DNA of 61,917 nt, filler included, from Dugesia japonica (taxonomy: Eukaryota), in NCBI GenBank assembly GCA_001938525.1. It is 5 parts of 5 records of this genome, joined end to end, with 100 filler letters (N's around TTAATTAATTAA, not from the genome) between each part and the next. Parts side by side here need not be neighbours in the genome. Positions count along the whole stretch, not along the records: positions 48,110 to 61,917 come from MQRL01639493.1; 4 more parts are not named here. One strand, written 5' to 3'. Position numbers and translations under genes: made by a program. Positions 52,279 through 61,917 of the stretch are shown here, in pieces; the first letter of the stretch is position 1; every line of letters begins with the position of its first letter. The notes beneath the pieces are model-generated. The model was not told the DNA's origin and did no database searches. It saw nothing but the letters and a program-made list of their open reading frames with translations.

Positions 52279-53529
52279 CACGATTATATTTTAGAAAAAC
52301 TTGGCGGTAAGTAAAGCATTTACATTTTATTAATTTAATTTTAAATGTTTTGAAATTTTATCCATTTGTTTATTTAGTTTTACATTTTTGTGCTAAATTA
52401 TTAGTTTGATTTATTAATGACTTTTTAATACAGTTTATTACTAAAGAATTACAATTCAAATAGAGAAATAAAATACAAATTGATTAAGTTAATGAAATAC
52501 CAAATTAAATAAAATGTCAAAATTAAATATTTTCTCAAAAACATTTTTATTTCTTTTTTTCAACAACTTTCACTTATTTTATAAATATAATATAATTCTA
52601 AAATATTAATTAAATTTTGTCTTTGTTATATTTTTTATCTTTTTTTTATACAAAACGATTGGTATATAAACTTATGAAGTTCATCATTTCTTGTTTTTTC
52701 TTTTTTTCTACATTTTCCTAATTAACGATAGTCTTATATCCATCTGACAGTTCATCCTCATGCTTTTGATTATTCGAACTTTGTGTTTTCCCTACATTAA
52801 ATTTTAGTACTAATGTTCATTAATGTACTAATTGTCAATTCGAATTTTCTTGTATTCTTCTATTTTATCAATAAGTTGGGTTCCCCTTGAATTTTTGAAC
52901 CCATCAAATAGTTATATATTCATTCCCCTTGGTAATATCAATCTAATTAGTTGAAGACGATTGTTTAATGTATAAATATGTTTGCATATCTGGTTTTAAA
53001 AAGAAGATATAAATTCAGTCGAATTCGATTTTAATTACAAATTAATATTCATAAATAACTAATTTAAATTAAATTTTGATATTCATTATTCATATATCTT
53101 AACAATTTTTAAATTTAATCAATGTGAGGATTTTCCGATATGGGAAAAAGTATTTATATTGTTCAATAATGGATATTTTAAAAATATTGCCTAATGTCTG
53201 TATTAGATAATGTATGGGGAATATGGAACTAATTTTACCAAAAGATTGTCGTAACTATGTTCTTTAACCGTGATATTGAGATGTCTGCATTATATAATAT
53301 CCGTATTATACAGTTTCACCGTACAAAATTAACAAATAAAAAAACGTCAAGTCAAAATAAAATAACTTTTATTTACAATTAACACAAGTATCAACAGACA
53401 ACTATGGCAAATCTTTTATTTTCGTGATCGGATTTGGAGTCCAGCAGTTCATTTAAGCATAATGATTATATACATTATTAATTAATTAACTATTAAACTT
53501 TTATTGGCCATATGTATTTTTTATCGTTT

Positions 53530-56050
53530 TTTAAAAACGTTTATCATCCACTGTAAATAGCTGGTGGTTGATTGGCCGAAAGCTGCTTATTTGACATTCA
53601 TTTCTTCTCAAGCTTCTTCATTATTTAGCTTCCAAATAATTTTAATGTTGAGGAAAAATCATCCACTCCGTATAAACATCTCCCTGTCTTTTATCTTTGA
53701 ATAAGCTGATCTAGTTAACTACTTCGCTGAAGTAGAGCGGATGATCCTTTCAATAATTATTGGTGTACAGTAAACGTTTTGATTTTATTTCTGGTAGAAG
53801 TCGATTTTTATCTATTCCAGTACACTCAGAGAAAAAGTTATATGTATCACCAAAAACCATATCAACTGAACACTTGAACCACTGGCAATACTCTCCCAGA
53901 TCTTCATACTTAAGTCGGTACATTCTCAATTTACTCAAATTTAGCACTACCTGGACAATATAGCTTGGACGATCTAAAAATATAATGTCTTTCTCTAACA
54001 AAACAGTTTTCAGTCCATCAACAATTCCACTGTATTCTGAAATGTAACGTCGCTGGTATAAGTTATAAACTTCTTGTTTTTGCACAGCCGGATATTCACA
54101 CGTTTCTTCAAATTCTCTACCGTCTTTCCCTAGGGCGCATTATTTTGTGCTTGATGCTACTCTTCCTGTCAAATCTACATTGATATAATTGACGAATTAT
54201 TTTTTTTCTCTTAGAATCTGATTATCCCGTGAACATCGGTTTCACGAGCTCCCAGCTTTATATATAGTTTAAGTAATTGCCAATAAATTATAAAATTATG
54301 TTTTACTTCATGCGTCATAAAAGGTTTCTTTAGTAAAAAAAATATTTATGTTCTATGTCGAAAGGTAATTGATTTCAAAGTATTTCCAGATCAATTTTCA
54401 GCAAGTATCCCATGTTATTTTTTTCACCATACAATATCTTTTGATAAGTTGGAAATCTATAAATTGAAAATCTGTATAAGATGAAACCTGTATCAATGTC
54501 TACCAATATAAGTTATTTACATCAATATTAAGCAATAAGGTATTTTCATCTGCTTGAATGTAATAAATATTTTCAAATTCCCAAATCAAATAGCCTATGT
54601 AGTTTTGATTCCTGGAACAATTCTACTAACCAATCCACTTCCAATAAATCTGCCAAATATATGTCCAGGCTCACATAATGAAATATACTCTAGAAAATTA
54701 CTGCATCCTGATTCTGTCCACACCACGTTCGTAATTAATACCCAGATTCTGTTATCTCTATCACTATTTCGAGAGCAGAGATGTTTGATTAAGCAGCATG
54801 TCATTTGATGTGGCAAATTTATAGGGTAATATGCCTTTAATCTGTTATCCTTGCGGGAATTTCGGTGCTATTAATGGACATCTTTTAAGGTTTGCAATCA
54901 ATCCTGCTAATAAACTGCTAGAAAACTGGTACAAACCAATGAATCACACTGTGACACTACCACCAACAATCATTGCAAGGAATCTTTTGTTTGTCTGTGC
55001 AAATGGTTTGACATCCTATGGTTACATTGACTGAGGGAAGTTTTGATAATGTGATGCAAATCATAACTTTTCAAGTTATGAAACACCGCAGACAATTCCA
55101 TTCTGATCTTCCTGTATAAGTTTCACTGATTGCATTACATAATTTTGCATGAAATAATTTCGATGAACGCATCTACTCATTATAAGGTGAAACAAAATCT
55201 GTGCAACCACTAACAAACAAACCTGTTGATAACGAACATGTNGTGCTAATGTTTGTCATATTCTTTATTTAAAAAGATTTTTTTAATTTAATATTATTGT
55301 TTAAGTGACTATATATTTTCCAGAAAAATGATCATGATCTTGAACCAGGTTTTTCTTTAGTTTTCACACATGTAACAATAAGTACAATTCTTAAACGCAT
55401 TCTTCTCTGATGATGATAATTTCATTTCCATATAAATGTTTATCTTGTACCATGATGAATCCATGAAGATATTATTAACACTATTTTCTATTTATTTGAC
55501 ATTTCAATATCAGGACATTTAAATTTAATAATCTATCCAAATTTACTACTGCAACTTAATTAAAAGCGTAAAAAGTTTTTAAAACTAACATATTTGCCTA
55601 TCATCCATGTGAATTTTTTAGCAGAAAATTACATTTACATCTGGAGTTTTATACAAAATTCCATTTTCAAATTTTCTTCTACTAATTCATTATATTTAAA
55701 TACTGTAAGTTTTAAGTTGTTTTGTCTTTCAAACTCTGGAATATTTATNAGCTCCATCAGCATCTTCTGCTCATCGTAAATCAACTCATAATCATATTTT
55801 TTGGACGATCACGACTATCCTTAGTTAATTCATACTGCTAGTATGCCATAAATAAAGGACTTATTATCATAATAATTATGGGTATATTTATATATGATCC
55901 TCCAAATAGATAAATTACTGGGGAAAATTTCACCATAACAAATCGCAGCTTCAGTAGTCTTTTTATCATATTCCAAGTGCTGAGCTCAGATTACATTTAA
56001 ATTCCCATATTTTTTGTAGAAAATTCTTTGAATACTCCATTGCCTAATCT
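53530..56050 (-). pseudogene. Polinton protein-primed DNA polymerase B relic
   Basis: DRPSYIVQVVLNLSKLRMY (KPIYVG..ILELSK..MY-like), VFGDTYNFF (YTDTDS-like), upstream DHDHF endonuclease VII-like motif. Confidence 0.75.
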
Positions 56051-57904
56051 GACAATGACCACTATTTAATTTTCTTATGATATATAAATGAATAGCAAAT
56101 AATAATTTTTTGCAATTATTATAATTATTATTATTATTGTTAAATTTTAAATAGGCAGTACCCTAGGTTACCTGTGCTGTGTCGCCCAAAGATGCATATT
56201 TTAACTATTTTTGCCAAATCAAAGAAATGGCTACTAGTGCATCTATTTTTTTTGTGAGAAATGCAGAATAAATTTCTCTAATAGAAAAATATTACAAAAT
56301 ACAATACAATTGTTTTAAAGAAAATTCTGAACATTTTGTGTGTAATCATCATAAAGAAAAATTTAAAATAATAGCTGCGTAAATAATTTTTTCAAAAATT
56401 TGAAATAAAAAATGCAATATAAACATGTGAAATATGCAAAGTAAGTTTTAATAGAACTACTGATAACCAAAATCATATAAATAGCAAAAGAAGAAAAAGG
56501 AATTATGATTGAAAGTAAATCTTCAAATTCAGATGAATTTAATAAATTTTTAATAGAAAAAGAATATGAAAAAATAATAAATTTATTTAGAAAATATCAA
56601 ATTGCGAGAATTTCAAAAAACTTTAAATATGAGAAGCGTAGTCATCCAGCACTTCCATCATTTGAGGACTGTGAATATATATTAAATACATATTATCTTC
56701 CAAGCGTTCCTAAATTAAAACCATGATTACATTTTTCGGACAAAAAGCTTTTTCAAATAAATCAATCAAAATAAAGAATCCTTCAGAATTCTATACTAAT
56801 ACAATAAAGGAATGACAAAAGCAGCCCAAAATAAATTAATATATAATAATTTTTAAAATGAACTAACAATGATAGTGAGTCCCCTCAAAGCTTCGTTCTT
56901 CACAATAAATCCAGATGAATTTATAATTAAATCCATAATAAATATAAATTTAAGATCTGTAAAAACATGTAAATGATGAAAAAATGTAAAAAAGATTGCT
57001 CAAAATTTAACAATTTTGAAAACATTTTGTGATCAAGTAATTTTAGAAGATGGTTTAAAAAGTCATTTGGATAATTAAGAAGAACAAGACTCCTAATCAA
57101 TTGAAACAGTATCCGTTTCCTCACTATAATAAAATAACAAACAAATTTAGATTTTCTAATTTAAATCCATTAATAATGAAAATAATAATAGTAATAATAC
57201 AATAACAATAATAAAGATAACAATAAATTAGTAAGAACAAATAAAATATGTAACTACTTTCATTTATAAGTAGCTAATTATCATCTATTTTAGTCTTATT
57301 GGCCTAGTATTCTCATATTTCCATACTCGTGTCTCATTTTGATACTAAATAATATTATCCGAATTGATTTCGCTGNTGTGAAGCAATAATATATAAACCA
57401 ATTTGATAATAGCTTTATAACAATTGAATGAAATAGTTTTCGAGTTTAATTATTTTTTACTATTTATAAAAATTATAATATAATTTGACAATTAATTATT
57501 GCAATTATCAAAATGATTTAACACAATGCCGTATTTCTTCGAATAATTTTATTTAATTTCAAAATTTTATTGTTATAATCTATCTATTTATAAAATAAAA
57601 TTTTGTTTGTTTATAATTTATATTAATAAATTTAATTATCATAATTAAATAATTATTTGGTAAAAATAATTTTCATAATTTAGCGTAACATTTATTTTAT
57701 CAAATACAATATAAAAGTCATTTTATCATTGACGGAATTAATAAAATAATAATATTTTAAATTAGATATTTTTTTTTATAAAATTTATGATCTATTTATG
57801 CAAAATAACCACGAAATAATAAACTTTGATAATTACTCATTTCGAAAAATATAAAACTATTCAATTTAAACAAATACAATTATTCAGTATTAATTAACTT
57901 TAAA

Positions 57905-58113
57905 TTAAAAGCTTCGATCAAAACTTGAAATTTTTAAGCTTTTAATTAAAAAAAAATCTCAAATGTGATCAATAATTAAGTGTAGCAATTATTCTCGCAA
58001 TAATTGTAAAATTAATTTACGTTTAATTTCATTAAAATAAAGAAAAAGCTTCGAACAAAATAAATGTATTTGTAAAGAAATTCAAATTTTCAACACTTGT
58101 CTTCTTCAGGAAT
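57905..58113. mobile_element. Penelope-like repeat pieces in opposite orientations
   Basis: 57950-58020 (+) matches 27000-27061; 58028-58113 (-) matches 20554-20637. Confidence 0.65.
58080..58113 (-). ncRNA. Minimal hammerhead ribozyme motif
   Basis: ATTC-CTGAAGA-A-GAC-AAGT-GTT-GAAA-ATTT-GAAT. Confidence 0.7.
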
Positions 58114-61100
58114 GACGACTTTTTGATAGATTCAAAATGACAATAGATCTTTGCAACAAAATTCTTTATCTTTTATCGAAACTTTATTGGTCTATTTAAA
58201 GTATAATTTTTTTATTTTAAAATTAAATCTTAAAAAACCTTAATAAATTGAAGAAAATTAATTATTGAAGAAAAATAACTTTTCATTTGTTCAAATAATA
58301 TTAACGTTTAAATTTTTTAAAATTTACTTTACTTCATTAATTTTTCTAAAAATATAAAATTTAAAGAAAATCGAATTCAAATCAAAAGAAATTATTCCAA
58401 ATTTTCTCAAATTATTTTTTTAATGTGTAAAATTGAGTTTAGATGTTTGTTCATTGGAAAACAGACTGGTTTTTTGTATTATTAACCGGACATTGCATTG
58501 ATAAAGACTATTTTTGAAAAATTATCAAAATATTTATTTAATCCATCCGTTTTAAATACCATAATTTTTATTTCATTATGCATATTTGTCAGATCACGAG
58601 ATAATAGGGTTTTCTTTTCATTTTATATATGTATATGATTGACTAGATGTAATTAATTAACCGTTTAAAAACTGTATCAAAATAAAATTAAGTTTGTTTA
58701 CATTTCTTATATTTGTTTATTTTTTGATAAATATTCATTTATGATCTGTTTTGATTATATAATATTTTTCTTNNNNNNNNNNNNNNNNNNNNNNNNNNNN
58801 NNNNNNNNNNNNNNNNNNNNNNNNNNNNNNNNNNNNNNNNNNNNNNNNNNNNNNNNNNNNNNNNNNNNNNNNNNNNNNNNNNNNNNNNNNNNNNNNNNNN
58901 NNNNNNNNNNNNNNNNNNNNNNNNNNNNNNNNNNTGAAATATCCGTCGTTGCTCATAAGTGGAAAAATAAAATCATCATTGAATATTTTTTCAATTTGAT
59001 GATTTTTATTTTTCTACATTTTTTAATAATTTCTGTTTAATTATACCTCGGTTTTCATTTCTATTTTATGGACTTTTTGGTTTATAACTGTGTTTTTTAA
59101 GATTCTTTTGGATAAATGATTTAATTTATTTCAGATACAATTCAAAATTGTATGACTCTTGAACAATTCAAAAACATTTATTTAGAAACGGAAACAAGTA
59201 AAAAATATTTTCATTGAAAGACAACTGAAGGTGTTATTTGGTTTTGATTTCTCCATTATAAAGTACTAGGTTGCCCGTAAACATAGTAGAAATTGTAATT
59301 GAGTAAAAATTGATTTATTAGTAAATAAAGTAAAAAATAGTAAAGCAACACATTAAAAATTAAATTTTTTGATATATGTCCACTACCATAATCCATTGAT
59401 TACCAAAACATCTAGCTCTAAAAGCATAATTAAATTTGAAATACGATTTTCTTTGCTATAAAAATGTTATTATTCGTTTCGTAAATATTTTTAAATTACT
59501 TATCTCTGAAAGTATTTATATTGCTACATATAGCTGTACGTGAGAAAAATTGATCTTGTAGAACAATGACGATTTTATTAAATTTTTGAGAATAAAAAAC
59601 AGATATTTTGAAAACCAAATTTTGTTAATTACAATTTATTTTCAATTGCAAAGATCAAAACGCTGTTCTTCTACTTTTATAGATGGTTAAAGATTTCGTC
59701 TATGTCTTCTTCAGTTTGAGAATAACTTTTAAAATTTCTTATCACATAAGTAAGTCTAGCGAAAATAGCTTTCTGTTTTAAGTTAAAGGCAAACCTGAAT
59801 CATTTAAAATTTTTTAAATTAATGTTTCGTAAAACATGTTTTTTAGAATTACCATTTATATCATCAACAATTAAATTACTTTAAAAGTCCTCGACAGTTA
59901 GTTGAGTTCCATTGAATAGTTCTATGGCAGAATTTTAATTTGTCATCATCCCTTACTTTGATATTTTTTAAGAATTTAATGGAATATAGATGTTTACTCG
60001 CTTTCTATAAAATAGAGACTGGGCTCAAAAATGTGATATAAATTTTTGAAGGCAAATATTTTGTTATTAATCTGGTCAACAATATTATTTCTTGTAGATG
60101 AAATGGTTCATTCATTGATTTTATCTATATTTAAAATTTCACGTATGAAAGAATTGGTGTAAGGTAATCTCCTTCTTTTGTTATAGATTTTCACCCGATT
60201 GTTCTATTTTGCCATATTTGCTCTTCTTTTTCTTTGATTTTCCATTTTTAAAAAATATTTTATCCACTGAACATCAATTTTTCCACTGTTATTTTCAATA
60301 GGAATTCTTCTCTTACATACCTGCCTACAACTGTCTTTTTATAACTTCGAATAATCAAGAAACAAAGTATAAGCTACCATACCATTTATAGCATAAGCAA
60401 ATTCATAAATTAAATAAAAACGTTCATTTAAAATTCAAAAATTAAAACTACAATAAAATAACAATCTAAAATTTTTCTTTTCTTTTTATATTTCATGTAA
60501 TTTTTAAATATAAATCAATTTATATATTTAAATGAATCAATTAATTTATCTTCCTTTTGTTTTGCGCGAGGCTTGGAAACAGTGATATTACTTTTATATA
60601 TCTGTAAAATTATAAATCGAAATGACTATTGAATTTTTAAATATTTGACGGTTTAAATTTAATTTATTTTTGTGTAATTCAGACATTTTTACTCTGTCAT
60701 ATCTTCCAAAAGTCAGATTACATTAATTTTTATATAAATTCAAATTTGTATGAAATTAATGGTCTTTTAAACTTTAACTTCATGCCTCTATAACTTGTAC
60801 ATACTCTGTAATTATTTTACAAATATTTATTGAGCTATATTTTAAATTTCAATAAAAAATAGTAAAAATTATAATTTTTAAAATTAAAATATTTGTTTAA
60901 ATATTAAAAGGCTTCGAACAAATGGGCATTAAATCCTAAAATTAATGTTCAGTTGATGTATTCAACATCGCTCTTAAAATTATTTCATTGATTATTTATT
61001 GAGATAGGATAATTGAAATTATATAGACATTTAAACTTTATAAATAATCATTAATTGCCTGATGATGACGGTTATTCGAACGAAATTAATTACAGCAAAT

Positions 61101-61872
61101 AAAGAGACAATTTATTTAATATCTCAATAATTTTACAAAGTGAAAAACTCAGTCAAAAATTACTCGTTTCACAAGGATTTAAAATTCAGAATGTCCACAA
61201 CACGAAGTCTCAGTTTTTCAAACTTTTAGTAATTATGAAGTTTGTTTACATTTTTCTAGGATGGAATGGATTAATTTAGTTTATGATTCAATTTGATTAA
61301 TCTTATTCCTATGGATAATNNNNNNNNNNNNNNNNNNNNNNNNNNNNNNNNNNNNNNNNNNNNNNNNNNNNNNNNNNNNNNNNNNNNNNNNNNNNNNNNN
61401 NNNNNNNNNNNNNNNNNNNNNNNNTACAAATCAACTTTAGAATCAACTTCAAAGTTGATTGAAGAATATTATTGGCTTGCCGAAAAATCCAGTAGATAAA
61501 TATTTCTGCAAATCGTTTTATTTGAGTTTTAATATTCAAATTATTCATCTATTTTTAATAATAATTTCATAGATTATCTAAATAATTAATATTCATTCTA
61601 AATATTGATGGTTGCCTTATCAATGTTGAGATCTTTGATTGACTTATGAATCAATGATAAAACTGTTGATAATTTTGGTATCATAATTGTTTATATTTCC
61701 ATTCATTATTTTATCTAAGTGAATAAATAATATTAAATTATTATTAAAGAATTATTTTAAGAAAAAATTGTAAAAATTAAAATTAAAAATGACTGTAAAT
61801 AATGTCACTTAATTCACAAATTGTAATTAATAAATTGATTTTTTACTATTTATATTATTTATTATTATTACT

Positions 61873-61917
<45 letters not shown>

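Noticed and set aside
52018-52314. Poly-I/Y/N/L ORFs here and at 19645, 41613, 42763 and 45180
   Set aside because: Translations of (AAT)n microsatellites and N gaps.
56150-60360. Coding-like tracts at 56300-57120 and 59500-60350
   Set aside because: Too degraded; no recognisable domain or termini.

Overview
AT-rich eukaryotic, repeat-dominated DNA with no intact host gene. (AAT)n tracts and the Gypsy families suggest an invertebrate, possibly a planarian (inference only). At least five contigs are joined by artificial 100-nt N44-TTAATTAATTAA-N44 spacers. The main feature is a degraded, at least 13.7 kb, minus-strand Ty3/Gypsy element at 1-13756. Its order is: Gag capsid + 3 CCHC; coiled coil; about 4 kb accessory region with five divergent ubiquitin-like domains, a PIP-box-like motif, an AT-hook and an acidic tail; a chuvirus/gB-type class III glycoprotein; aspartic protease 1; four more CCHC knuckles; aspartic protease 2; RT; RNase H; integrase; possible C4 zinc finger. 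The env and accessory region therefore lie between gag and pol, apparently within one ancestral polyprotein. The rest of the window holds five copies or fragments of a small Gypsy family (one with both LTRs, PBS and PPT), a Polinton/Maverick capsid-protease module, a separate pPolB relic, a mariner relic, a Ulp1-like fragment, and a short Penelope-like repeat carrying minimal hammerhead ribozyme motifs with covariation. All protein assignments come from motif recognition by eye and need profile or structure searches to confirm.
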